From the NCBI GenBank assembly GCA_965238275.1, contig OZ250186.1, positions 864,001-928,000 of the forward strand: 64,000 bases of DNA, in the 5' to 3' direction. The stretch comes from Nitrosopumilus sp. (GTDB lineage Archaea; Thermoproteota; Nitrososphaeria; Nitrososphaerales; Nitrosopumilaceae). The position numbers were made by a program, and so were the translations under genes. Numbering within the stretch: the stretch's first letter is position 1; each line of letters opens with the position of its first letter. This document shows, one piece after another, positions 11,083 through 20,936 of the stretch. The notes under the pieces are model-generated. The model was not told the DNA's origin, made no database searches, and was given only the letters and a program-made list of their open reading frames with translations.

Positions 11083-11089
11083 TTTATAA
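11083..11089 (+). promoter_or_regulatory. Archaeal TATA box of Rieske/cytochrome b operon
   Basis: TTTATAA about 27 nt upstream of ATG 11116 (leaderless spacing). Confidence 0.5.
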
Positions 11090-11115
11090 CCAAATTGGCG
11101 AGTATGTGAGCTTGG

Positions 11116-11721
11116 ATGTCGGAATTAGGAACAAAAAAGTCCTCCGGATTGTCCCGAAGAGACTTTCTGAAACTGATCGGCGCTGCAGGTACAGGACTGG
11201 CCTTTGCGCCTTTTGTGCCGTTTGGTAACTTTATGCCCAACCCGAACCAGGCATCCCTTGAAAAGGTCCCGGTATTACTGCCGGACGGCACGCAGGCAAA
11301 CATCAACACATACCCGATAAACACCGCAGATGTCATTACCTATCCTGCAACCGGCGATCCGGCACTTGATGCAGAGGCGTTTAGAAAGTGGCAGTTCATC
11401 AGGCTCCCAGAAGAGCTTGGAGGTGCAAACAGCGATGCCTCCTCGCTCCGGGTATTCAGCATGATCTGCCTCCACCTGTGGTGCCTGTGGAAGTACTGGC
11501 CGGATGAAGGCAGGAAGAGAGGCGAGTGTCCGTGCCATGGGTCCATGTACAACCCTGACACCGGAATTGCATTCCTTGGTCCTGCATCCGTACAGGCATC
11601 CCCCTCAAACACGCTGCCAAAGCTCACACTTGAGATAGAACCGTCGGGACTCATCTTCATACTGCCGCCGAGCTTTACCGCACACGAAAACGGAGTAATT
11701 GGATATGGCCGTTTCGCTTGA
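11116..11721 (+). CDS. petC: Rieske Fe-S protein with Tat signal (complex III)
   Basis: SRRDFLK twin-arginine signal; CLHLWC and CPCHGS Rieske ligands. Confidence 0.92.
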   Translation: MSELGTKKSSGLSRRDFLKLIGAAGTGLAFAPFVPFGNFMPNPNQASLEKVPVLLPDGTQANINTYPINTADVITYPATGDPALDAEAFRKWQFIRLPEELGGANSDASSLRVFSMICLHLWCLWKYWPDEGRKRGECPCHGSMYNPDTGIAFLGPASVQASPSNTLPKLTLEIEPSGLIFILPPSFTAHENGVIGYGRFA

Positions 11722-13273
11722 GAGAAGGACAGGGGTAGTAGCCTTCTTCTACTGGCTTTGGGACGGCATAGACAGGACCATATTTACCGCCATCAAGTTC
11801 TCGTTTCCGGCAAGGTTTGTAAGCCCGTTCGGGTTCCTTGGAATGCTCACGTTCGTCGTCTTTATCATACTGGGTGTCTCAGGCGCCCTTCTCATGTTCT
11901 ACTATCAGCCCATACTTGACCGGGCCTGGGACAGCGTCCAGTTCATCAACGACGACGTCCCATTCGGATTCCACATAAGAAACATCCACTATCACGGCTC
12001 CAATGCCATGGTGCTCCTTGCCGTGCTTCACATGTACTACCAGTACTTCAGCGGAAGGTACAAGATACGCAACGAGGTGCTCTGGATGACCGGCGTCATA
12101 CTTGGCGTGGTTACGATCCTTGAGGCCTTTACCGGATACGATGTGATATTCAGTGAAAGGGCCGAGCTTGCCATCAGCATTGCCGCGTCGCTGACCACGT
12201 CGATACCCGTGGTGGGGCCGCTTATACGGGACGCTGCGCTTGGCAGCGGATTCTCCGACTTTGTATTGCGGTTTTATGCCCAACATGTCTTCTTGCTTCC
12301 GATAGTGATGCTGGGGCTCATGGCAGTCCACTTCCCGCGGTTTCTGGTGTTTGACGTACCGATGGTCATGGCAATTTCAGGGGCCATTCTGATTACCGGA
12401 GGTGTGTTTCCAATCGACCTGGGCTTCAAGTTCGAGCCGTCAGTCGCACCCGGAGTCACCGTTCCCGAATGGTACCTTACTGGAATCTATGCCTTCATGC
12501 GGACGCAGTATGACAAGTTTGTTACCGGGTTGTTGTGGCCGTTGCTGTTCATAACATCGTTCGTGCTGATACCGTTCATAGACCGGTACAAGAAGTTCTC
12601 GTGGAGGGACCGACCCATAATCACGGCCTTTGGAATCACCAGCCTGGCCCAGATAATGGTGACGACCTACTGGGGGTTCTACATATCGCCGGACATCTCG
12701 ATTCCGCTGGTGGAGCGCCTTGTGATCGATCCCATATTCTTCTACGGTACCATGATCCTGCTCGTCCCGCTGGGATTCGGATTCACCTATATGATGATAA
12801 AGCTTGCAAACGAGGCCGAGCGCAAGTCAAAGCTTGCCAAAAAGACCGGACCGCAGAAGGTTGCCACCATCAACTTTTCTGAAAAGTGGATAAACTGGGT
12901 GCTTGTGGCACTGCTGGCATTCCAGGTGTTCCTGAACATTGCAGCATACAACGCCGCCCTGACAGGCATGAATAACGTCTCGCTGTTCTTTGTGGGAATA
13001 ATACTGCTGGTCTTTGCAGCGTTCTTCCACGTGTACAGGTATGGCATGAGCCAGGAGAAGAGTGCCCCGCCACCGGCGCCTGCATCAATCCTGGTAGAAA
13101 AGCCAAAACTGTCCGAGCTGGAGCCGCGGCGGCAGCAGCAGCCCAAGCTGGACTCTGAGGATGTGCCCAAAGTAGGCGACATCATGGTGGAGACTAGGGT
13201 TCTTCCGCCACCGGCAAGAGGCACGGGGGCTGCTGCTACTGCTGCAGGCAAGAGCGCAGACAGTACCAAGTGA
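11705..13273 (+). CDS. petB: Cytochrome b (complex III)
   Basis: RNIHYHGSN..LHM and RFYAQHV..VH haem ligands, PEWY motif, multiple TM helices. Confidence 0.93.
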   Translation: MAVSLERRTGVVAFFYWLWDGIDRTIFTAIKFSFPARFVSPFGFLGMLTFVVFIILGVSGALLMFYYQPILDRAWDSVQFINDDVPFGFHIRNIHYHGSNAMVLLAVLHMYYQYFSGRYKIRNEVLWMTGVILGVVTILEAFTGYDVIFSERAELAISIAASLTTSIPVVGPLIRDAALGSGFSDFVLRFYAQHVFLLPIVMLGLMAVHFPRFLVFDVPMVMAISGAILITGGVFPIDLGFKFEPSVAPGVTVPEWYLTGIYAFMRTQYDKFVTGLLWPLLFITSFVLIPFIDRYKKFSWRDRPIITAFGITSLAQIMVTTYWGFYISPDISIPLVERLVIDPIFFYGTMILLVPLGFGFTYMMIKLANEAERKSKLAKKTGPQKVATINFSEKWINWVLVALLAFQVFLNIAAYNAALTGMNNVSLFFVGIILLVFAAFFHVYRYGMSQEKSAPPPAPASILVEKPKLSELEPRRQQQPKLDSEDVPKVGDIMVETRVLPPPARGTGAAATAAGKSADSTK

Positions 13274-13326
13274 TGAGCGATGGATCCAAAGAAGCTTTAT
13301 AATGACTTGGAGGCGTCGATCGGATA

Positions 13327-13788
13327 ATGAGCGTCCAGGCATCAAGCCATGCCTATGGCATAGGAGTTATTTCACTGCTTGTTGGAATGTCAGTGGTTCT
13401 GGTATTTTACACGTCGTTTTATCTCCCAGAGTCCCTGTTAAAGCCGTCCGTAGACGAGCACATACTGGATCCTGAAAGAATACTTACAATCGACATAGTA
13501 CCCGGGGCGCTGACTGAGGGCAACGATGCGTACATTCCGCAGGATTCCAAAGTGCTGCTGACAGTTGACAACCATGTGGTGTGGACCAACAGCGACGAGA
13601 CTGCGCACACCGTTACGCCTGACCACCGGTATGCAGACTCGTACAGCGGCGAGTTTAATTCCCCCGGCGTCATCAAGCCTGGCGAGACATACGAGTTTGT
13701 GTTTACAGAGCCTGCAGAGATACACTATCACTGCACGCCGCATCCGTGGATGAAAGGCTCTATAACAATCGAGAAGAGCAGGTTCTAG
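13327..13788 (+). CDS. Membrane-anchored blue copper (cupredoxin) protein
   Basis: WTNSDETAHTVT and YHCTPHPWMKG type-1 copper ligands. Confidence 0.9.
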   Translation: MSVQASSHAYGIGVISLLVGMSVVLVFYTSFYLPESLLKPSVDEHILDPERILTIDIVPGALTEGNDAYIPQDSKVLLTVDNHVVWTNSDETAHTVTPDHRYADSYSGEFNSPGVIKPGETYEFVFTEPAEIHYHCTPHPWMKGSITIEKSRF

Positions 13789-14135
13789 ACGTAATACCTT
13801 GCAAAGATTATCTGGCTTTCGATCTCCTTGTGCTGCTCTATTATAGAGGCCCTGAACTTTACCTCGTACTCGTGCTCCGGAACAAACTTGATCGTTGCTG
13901 TAAACTCTGCCGTATCCCGGGGCATCGCCTCCCGAGGTATGAACAGCCTTGAGACGTTGTGCGAGATGATCTTTTTGTTGTAGGATTTGTAGGTTATGTG
14001 CTCGTTGGAGTCTGCGATCTGGGTGTTGATGACGACCCCGTCGTACCTTCCGGGGTATGCCACTGACACGGTTCCAATTATCTCAGAGTCCGGATGAATC
14101 TCAGTGGTGTTCAGGGAGAATCCGATGTCCTTCAT
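13785..14135 (-). CDS. Hypothetical protein
   Basis: Clean ORF convergent with the cupredoxin gene; beta-rich composition. Confidence 0.65.
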   Translation of the reverse strand: MKDIGFSLNTTEIHPDSEIIGTVSVAYPGRYDGVVINTQIADSNEHITYKSYNKKIISHNVSRLFIPREAMPRDTAEFTATIKFVPEHEYEVKFRASIIEQHKEIESQIIFARYYV

Positions 14136-14175
14136 GCTACCCCCACGCGTGGTCTGCATAAATAATTTTATCAGG

Positions 14176-14250
14176 CGGGCCCAAAGGGCTTCGATCCCTT
14201 GACCATTGGATTAGAAGTCCAACACTCTATCCATGCTGAGCTATGGGCCC
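14176..14250 (-). tRNA. tRNA-Arg (TCT)
   Basis: Reverse complement GGGCCCATAGCTCAGCATGGATAGAGTGTTGGACTTCTAATCCAATGGTCAAGGGATCGAAGCCCTTTGGGCCCG folds to a cloverleaf with anticodon TCT. Confidence 0.95.
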
Positions 14251-14485
14251 AAGAATTGAGGGGACAAATGCCATTTTAAGGGTTTAGAGCGGCAGTCTGC
14301 CGAAAACTCCGATGTAGTGGCGCCTGCTGCTCCGTCTGAGACATGTCCCTTCAGTCCGGTTCTGCAGCTAAACAGCCCATGCAGTCTGAAATGGTCCTGC
14401 ATGCTCCCAGATTCTACGCTGCATCATCTTCTCTGATGCACTGCCGTTGGGTCGGATTTAATTATGTGATTACGAGGCAAGTCTC

Positions 14486-14923
14486 ATGGTATCTGGGTAC
14501 GTACAATTCAACAAGAACATCTTGATATCGTTTGTGGTGGCCCTTATGGTGTCCGCAGCTGCCGCCGAGCTGCTCGCCGACCTGCCGGACTATCTTAATT
14601 CCACCTATGTAACAATCATCGATTATTCTGTATACTTTTTGATGTTTGGTGGTTTGTTCTACCTTGACAACCGGAAGAGGTATCGCTTGGAATCAGGGGA
14701 TACTGATAGGACAAGACTCAAAAGCGATCTGAAGAAGCTGTTTGCCTCCTTTGGAATTTCAGAGGTGGTATATGGCGTTTCCAGATGGCTCATACAGTAC
14801 TATCTTCTAGGTATCGCCTACGATCCGTATCTTGCGTCAGTCATTGCACAGTCCTTTGCATTTGTGATCTTCCTTGGAGTGATCAATTTCAGCATATGGT
14901 TTACAAAGATGTACCGGGACTAG
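14486..14923 (+). CDS. Four-TM membrane protein (GtrA-like), paralog of 43970-44374
   Basis: Hydrophobic helices; shares NKN..IS, DNRK.YRLESG.TD..RL..DLKK and PY.AS.I.Q with the paralog. Confidence 0.7.
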   Translation: MVSGYVQFNKNILISFVVALMVSAAAAELLADLPDYLNSTYVTIIDYSVYFLMFGGLFYLDNRKRYRLESGDTDRTRLKSDLKKLFASFGISEVVYGVSRWLIQYYLLGIAYDPYLASVIAQSFAFVIFLGVINFSIWFTKMYRD

Positions 14924-15047
14924 TCCCTGGCACGGTCACGTGCGTGTGGAATTGTCTGATGCATGCAGAAACACCGTGATGCAGTCAGAACGGTATGGGG
15001 AGTCTGCAGGAATGCTACAGCATACCTGGAACCGTCCAGAACAGTAT

Positions 15048-15863
15048 CTACAACCATCTTCTGCCGAGCCTCTCCCTTTCCATCTTGAAGAGAAACTGCT
15101 GGGCGTATCCTGCATACGGTCCAAAGTAGTCTACAATCTCCTCGTGAATCCTGCGGTACTGCAGCTGGGTTATCGTCTTTGTGCCCGGACTGAACCTGTC
15201 CGGGTAGTGCTCCCTTAGAATCCTGGTCGTCCACCTGTCGATTGGAAACGCCTCGGGCTTTTCAAGCGAGAACAGCATCACGCAGTCTGCCACCTTGTAT
15301 CCGACACCGGGCACCGTGCACACTGCATCACGTGCATGCTCGTAGTCCATGTCGCGCAGCTCCTGCAGGTCAATCCTGCCTGATGCCACCATCCGTGCAG
15401 CATCCCTGACAAATCCGGAGCGGTACCCGGTGCCGCACCTGCCAATCTCCTCCGGAGTGGCACCTGCAAGCCTCTCTGGTCTTGGAAACACGAAAAACTC
15501 CTCCCCGTCGACTGTGATCCCCTCCCCGTACATCCTGCACAGCCTCTCCAGGCATGTCCTGATCTTCTGTATGCTGGAGTTGGAGGATACGACAAACGAT
15601 ATCAGGCACTGGAATGGATCCTGCCGGAATATCCTGAGTCCGGGATACATGGCAACGGTCTCCCTTACCAGGGCATCTCCCGAAACTGATCTGATTATCG
15701 TATCCATGTCGTCGTCGCACCTTGCAAAGTCTGCCGCCTGGCCGGACAGCACTCCTGCAGGATCCAGCCTTATGACATTCTGGCCGTCAACGCCGTACCA
15801 CGCATCACCAATCTTTCTCCACAGGAATACCTGGCCGCTGTTTATGGAGCCGTCAACATCCAT
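15048..15863 (-). CDS. 8-oxoguanine DNA glycosylase (OGG1-like)
   Basis: SGQVFLW, GLRIFRQDPFQCLISF, HhH VPGVGYKVADCV, FPID, GPYAGYAQQFLF. Confidence 0.88.
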   Translation of the reverse strand: MDVDGSINSGQVFLWRKIGDAWYGVDGQNVIRLDPAGVLSGQAADFARCDDDMDTIIRSVSGDALVRETVAMYPGLRIFRQDPFQCLISFVVSSNSSIQKIRTCLERLCRMYGEGITVDGEEFFVFPRPERLAGATPEEIGRCGTGYRSGFVRDAARMVASGRIDLQELRDMDYEHARDAVCTVPGVGYKVADCVMLFSLEKPEAFPIDRWTTRILREHYPDRFSPGTKTITQLQYRRIHEEIVDYFGPYAGYAQQFLFKMERERLGRRWL

Positions 15864-15864
15864 C

Positions 15865-17184
15865 TCAGACAGTCACTGTCTGACCGGCTTCTGGTGCGTG
15901 CGCATCAAGGCCGAACCTCTCGTGAATCTCTTGGGCAAAGGTATCGCACGACTCGGCATCGCCGTGAACCGTAAGAACCTTGGGGTTCCCCTTGACTCTG
16001 CCTATCATCTCAAAGAGCTCGTTCCTGTCTGCATGGCCTGAAAACTCAAACTGCCTCACCTCGGCTGTAACCTTGGACTCCTTGCCCCTGGTAACGACCT
16101 TGCCCGTCTCCAAAAGCCTTCTTCCCGGGGTGCCCTCGCCCTGGTATGATACCAGCGCTATCCCGTTCTTCTCGTTAAATGATAGATTCTGCAGGTACAG
16201 TACGGCGTTTCCGCCAACCAGCATCCCTGCCGGCGAGATGACTGCGCACGGCTCCTCCATTGCGCGCCTGCGCTCCTTCTGGCTCCTTACTGACGTGGCC
16301 CCGTTTATGGCATCCTCAAAGACATCGGGATCGCGCAGATACTCTGGATGCCTGAACATGATGTCGTTGACCTTGAGTGCCATCCCGTCCATGATTATCC
16401 TGTGCTTGAACCTCGCATTTCTCAGGATGCATGCGATCTCCTGGGATCTCTCCACTGAAAACGACGGGATGAATATGGTGCCGCCCCTCTCAGTCACCTC
16501 GTTTGCAAACTCGACAAGATCCCTTTCTGATTCGGCCCTTGGCTTCTGTGTGGTCTGCGAGTATGTGCTTTCCGTAATTAGCAGATCGATCTCCCCCACG
16601 TCCAGGTCAGCCTCGCGCAGCATCCTTGAACCGCTGGTCTTGATGTCCCCGGTATAAAACAGCTTCTTTCCGGCCGACTCCACAAGGACGGTGCTGCCGC
16701 CTATGACGTGTCCGGACTCCCTTAGCTCAAAGGTGGCATCCTTTATTGCCACCTTCTGCCTGAAGGCAGTCTCCTTGGCATGTCTCATCATGTTGTCAAG
16801 CTCTGGCAGTTCAAAGATGTGCTGTTTTTCAATCTTCAGCATGTCCTCTATGAGAAGTCTTGTAAGGTCAAGCGTGGGAGGTGTGGCGTAGACGTCCGTG
16901 CCTCCGCTCATAAAGAGGGATGGCACGTTGCCCGAGTGATCCAGATGTGCATGGGTAATTATCACCGCATCGACATCCTTGGGCTTTACATGCATGGGGT
17001 ATCCGGGAGGCGTTCCCCGTCTTCCAAACATGACGCCATAATCAAGCAGAAGGCTGGCCTGGTCGCATTCTACTAGAAATCCGGATCTGCCTACCTCGCC
17101 TGCCGCCCCAAGTACTTTGATATTCAAGGATTCTGATGAATCATCATCCATGTTAATACCTTCTGGAACAAATCCTGATGACAT
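15865..17184 (-). CDS. MBL-fold beta-CASP ribonuclease
   Basis: LGAAGEVGRS, THAHLDHSG, GHVIG, YTGD, ESTY, FSGHAD. Confidence 0.9.
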   Translation of the reverse strand: MSSGFVPEGINMDDDSSESLNIKVLGAAGEVGRSGFLVECDQASLLLDYGVMFGRRGTPPGYPMHVKPKDVDAVIITHAHLDHSGNVPSLFMSGGTDVYATPPTLDLTRLLIEDMLKIEKQHIFELPELDNMMRHAKETAFRQKVAIKDATFELRESGHVIGGSTVLVESAGKKLFYTGDIKTSGSRMLREADLDVGEIDLLITESTYSQTTQKPRAESERDLVEFANEVTERGGTIFIPSFSVERSQEIACILRNARFKHRIIMDGMALKVNDIMFRHPEYLRDPDVFEDAINGATSVRSQKERRRAMEEPCAVISPAGMLVGGNAVLYLQNLSFNEKNGIALVSYQGEGTPGRRLLETGKVVTRGKESKVTAEVRQFEFSGHADRNELFEMIGRVKGNPKVLTVHGDAESCDTFAQEIHERFGLDAHAPEAGQTVTV

Positions 17185-17241
17185 TATATGTCTGCTGGAA
17201 TCTTCAAAAGCTTTAATTAGTGCAAGCTAAGATTGATTTCC

Positions 17242-17454
17242 ATGGGAAGAAGTTACCAAGAATGGTTAAATCAGCAAGATCAGGGGCTTGTAGCCAAGAC
17301 CCGTGCAGGCGACGAGGCAAACAAGCCATTGCTAAACCAGATTAACTGGATTTGGGTTGCCAATCTTATGAATAAGAAAGCCGACCTGAACCCCTCTTCT
17401 GCAGAGCTCCTTGACTGGGTAACATCCGGTCAGATCGACGCAATGAGAAAATAA
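17242..17454 (+). CDS. Small hypothetical protein
   Basis: ORF with upstream TTTAATTA box and downstream T-tract. Confidence 0.6.
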   Translation: MGRSYQEWLNQQDQGLVAKTRAGDEANKPLLNQINWIWVANLMNKKADLNPSSAELLDWVTSGQIDAMRK

Positions 17455-17663
17455 ATGTGTACACACACGGTTTTTTGTTTTTTAAGAGTTCCTAGCAGAC
17501 ACTCTGCATGCATTTCCAACGGAACCGGCATTTTCAGGCGTGCATCTGGCATGCCGTATTCATGATGCGGTCCTGCCGTAGCCGTCTGGCCAAGGCCATT
17601 TCATAACAGGGTTATGAATTTCGATCATAGTTTAAATATCAATCCCTCAGACGTAGTCTTGTA

Positions 17664-17966
17664 ATGCCAATAGCAATACTTCCAGACATTGACGAGCAGA
17701 GATGTATCGGATGCGCACTGTGCGTAGAGATCTGTACAACTCTTGGTCCAGATGTCCTTAGAGTAAAACCTGTTGAAGGCTGGAAGAGGGGTAAGGCATT
17801 TGTCTTTTATCCTGAGAGATGTATCTCTGATGGCGCATGCATAGGTGTATGCCCAACAAAGTCCATCTTTTGGATGAGGCCAATGAACTACACTGCTGGA
17901 CAACCAGTACCTCTTCACCAGAATGGTGTCTTCATCAAGGGTTGGGCAGAGGACGCAGCACCATAG
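17664..17966 (+). CDS. 2x[4Fe-4S] ferredoxin
   Basis: CIGCALCVEIC and CISDGACIGVCP; TATA box TTTAAATA upstream; T-tract downstream. Confidence 0.9.
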   Translation: MPIAILPDIDEQRCIGCALCVEICTTLGPDVLRVKPVEGWKRGKAFVFYPERCISDGACIGVCPTKSIFWMRPMNYTAGQPVPLHQNGVFIKGWAEDAAP

Positions 17967-18002
17967 CAGCGTTCTTTTGCAACACTCTTTTTTCTTTTTT
18001 CG

Positions 18003-19511
18003 CTACAGTGGATTCTCTGCGCATCCGTCCGGAAGCGTCCCTGCGTAGTACCTTAGAAACTCGTCATCCTTGTCGTAGCGTACCTCTGAGAACCTGTTGT
18101 TTTCAAGGAAGATTCTCCACGTGTCTGCAAATGCCTGGCATTGCCCCGGGTCAAAGCGTATCCTGGCAGTCTCGTGGTGTGCGGCAGGGAATATGTCTGA
18201 TATCTCGATCGGGATCAGCCCCAGGACGGGGTTGTACTGGCACACCTGCACCGAGTCCAAATCGGGCACGTCCCTTCTGAGTCTGGCGTACTGCGGCGAG
18301 AGGTATCCTGGTTTTACCTCTGATTCCCTTGTGATTAGCAGTATGTTCTTTTTTGACCTGAACCTTCTGACCATCCCGTGGTATGATGCCACCTCGGGGC
18401 GGAACTGATCCTCTGGCCCATACAGGAATGCGGCCTTTTTCTTGAACCGGGGCGTGGCAGTACTTAGCAGATCGCAGTTTCCGGTGAGCACCTCCACTGC
18501 CTCAAAGAGTCTCGGGTGGGCCCTTGCCTTCTTCATGACATACTCCCAGAGTCTGCCTTCGTGGATTGCCTGTCTGGTTCTGTCGACTTCAAGGCCTATG
18601 GCGTACAGGTTGTGGACGGCAAGGCTGTCTGTCCTTGCACCGGCCTCAAGCCCGCGCAGCTCGGCAGGGGTGTGTCCTGTACAGATCCTGCACCCGCAGG
18701 GAAATACCGATATCTCGTCAAGGTTTCTGGTGCCGTCCTCTGTGATGTATCTATTCTGTCTGGCATAGAGGATGTATGATGCCGAGTCAAACGTGTCGCA
18801 TCCCAGTGCAACTGCAAGCGGTATGGTAAGGGGGTGTCCGGCTCCGAAGAGGTGCAGGGGTATGGAGTGCGGCATGTTTCTTTTTGCCGCCACTATCATC
18901 TGGGCTAAGAGTTTGTACTGGTATGACTCCATGAACTCTACCGGGCTTCCAAGGGCCAGCATCTGAAAGCCGGCGCGTACAAGGCCTCTGGTTGATCCTG
19001 CCACAAGATCAAAATGCTCGCCGCCCTGGATGGGGCCGACCCATATCTGGCCGTTGTCTGCACTGTCCTTGAGGGTTTGTTTTGAGACCCTCAGGGTGTG
19101 TCTTACGTACGACTCTGCCTTTTTGAGCGGGAGTCCGAATCCGGTGGGCCGGTCAAGCGGAATTGCAATGTCCGTCATGATCTCCCTTTCAAACTCTGCC
19201 ATCTCCGATGGCTTGACGCTGAGATCGCCGTACTCCAGAACCTGGTATCCTCCGGAATCTGTCATGACTGAGCCGTCAAAGTCCGTTATGTCGTGGATTC
19301 CCCTCTTTATGGCCTCGTCCCCGAACCTGTTTCTGGTGATGTATGCGTTGGTGATTATCAGGTCAAAGCCCATCTTTTTGATCTCTTTGGTCGGGATGGT
19401 CTGCTTGACGGGGTGGACTACCGGAACGTATGCAGGCGTCATGATCTTTCCATGGTTTGTCTGGATGGCGCCTATCCTTCCTGCCAGATCCGTCTTGTAT
19501 ATCTCAAACAA
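18003..19511 (-). CDS. tgtA: Archaeosine tRNA-guanine(15) transglycosylase
   Basis: MTDSGGYQ, PIQGG, HLFGAGHP, GCDTFDSASY, CGCRIC...HNL. Confidence 0.93.
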   Translation of the reverse strand: MFEIYKTDLAGRIGAIQTNHGKIMTPAYVPVVHPVKQTIPTKEIKKMGFDLIITNAYITRNRFGDEAIKRGIHDITDFDGSVMTDSGGYQVLEYGDLSVKPSEMAEFEREIMTDIAIPLDRPTGFGLPLKKAESYVRHTLRVSKQTLKDSADNGQIWVGPIQGGEHFDLVAGSTRGLVRAGFQMLALGSPVEFMESYQYKLLAQMIVAAKRNMPHSIPLHLFGAGHPLTIPLAVALGCDTFDSASYILYARQNRYITEDGTRNLDEISVFPCGCRICTGHTPAELRGLEAGARTDSLAVHNLYAIGLEVDRTRQAIHEGRLWEYVMKKARAHPRLFEAVEVLTGNCDLLSTATPRFKKKAAFLYGPEDQFRPEVASYHGMVRRFRSKKNILLITRESEVKPGYLSPQYARLRRDVPDLDSVQVCQYNPVLGLIPIEISDIFPAAHHETARIRFDPGQCQAFADTWRIFLENNRFSEVRYDKDDEFLRYYAGTLPDGCAENPL

Positions 19512-20567
19512 GCAACATCACACCATGCTGCCGGGTATTTAACATGTGAGCGGGAAATCCCACACCATTTATGGGTGGGATGAAAGCGAACAATGCAACT
19601 GCCACGCATGTTATATTCTATAGTGAAAAGCGAAAGTTCGTGCAATTTTTTGGGCACCTTTTTAAGAAAATAAATCCCAACTACAGGTATGATTGTCAGT
19701 AAAATCATCAAGATAACACAATCTCGGGAACTGTCACGCAAGATCGTGAAATGCTCCCGGGAAACAGACATCATTTACGACATGACAATCATGATGAAAC
19801 TTGCACATCCCGGGATCACACAGTTTGACATCAACAACCTGATAACAGGATGGCGCAGGGAATTCAACCTGGCCAGCAGCGTCCGCATGCATGAGGCCGC
19901 CTCAAAACAGGCTTTCCAGGCGGCAGTCAAATTCCGCAAGGCAAACCGGCTCAAGCACAACAAGCGCATCTGGCGCAAGAAACAGATCAAGCTGGGGAAA
20001 AAGAAGACGTACAAGCACAATCGGTGGACCGAGCCGTCCAGCCTGATGAGGCGCGGCAGGAAAACAACCAGGCTGCGCTCGCTGAATTCACGCGGAAAGC
20101 CAAAACTGCGAGACAGTGGAGCCGTATTTCTGCCCGGACTCGGGGAAGCAAGGCCACGCACGAAGGTTCCAGAAGGCAGGCTCGTGTCATTCCAGATGAT
20201 TGACACCACGGGCAAGGTCACGCGCAAGACCAAGGATGGTGATCGCGAATTCAAACTGCATTTGCAGATAGAAGTCCCAGACCCCGAACCCGCGACAGGC
20301 GGTGGTGGCGGCGGATGCAAGGCAGGGCTAGATCTTGGAGTCAGGCACCTTGCGGCAGTCGCAGACGAGCATGGGAACGAAAGGCTGTACGACGTCCCCG
20401 GAGGCTGCAAGAGGCATGACGGCGACAGAATTGATCAGCTGAAATCACTTAGATCAAGATGCCAGGCAGGCTCCAGAAGATGGAAAGAGATCGGCCGCAA
20501 GGTAACGCATGAATTGGGTTCTCCTGCATCATCGGTTGGTGACACAAAATCAGGATCTTCTCCAGAT

Positions 20568-20744
20568 TCACTCGTCTGGTCTGCGCACCATTATGTCATC
20601 GCCGGAAATGACAAACTTTAGTTTGTCGGGATTGCCAAGCATTTCAAGTATCGGTTTTGGTATGTAGCTGTAGTTTGTCAGACGCTTCTCGTTTTTGATC
20701 ACAGAAACGGTAAATTCCTTGGCGTCTTTGGCCCACTGGGTCAT
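20568..20744 (-). CDS. 58-aa AbrB-like small protein (second copy)
   Basis: Reverse-complement copy of 10841-11017. Confidence 0.6.
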   Translation of the reverse strand: MTQWAKDAKEFTVSVIKNEKRLTNYSYIPKPILEMLGNPDKLKFVISGDDIMVRRPDE

Positions 20745-20936
20745 GAATTTTTTTTAGCTGCCTGTTATTTAAGACTGGTAGAAAGATCTATGTAATAATA
20801 CCAATTGGTTTATTTATGAACAGGGCAAAACGCGCCAAAACGGCGGCAAGGCAGGGACAGGTGATCAGCAACGACCCAAAGCAGGTGAGGATGACAAGTC
20901 TCAGACGATGGAATGTGGCATCGCAGTCTATTCCAG

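Noticed and set aside
14176-14250. tRNA-Arg as integration site of an island
   Set aside because: No duplicated tRNA end or integrase seen in the window.
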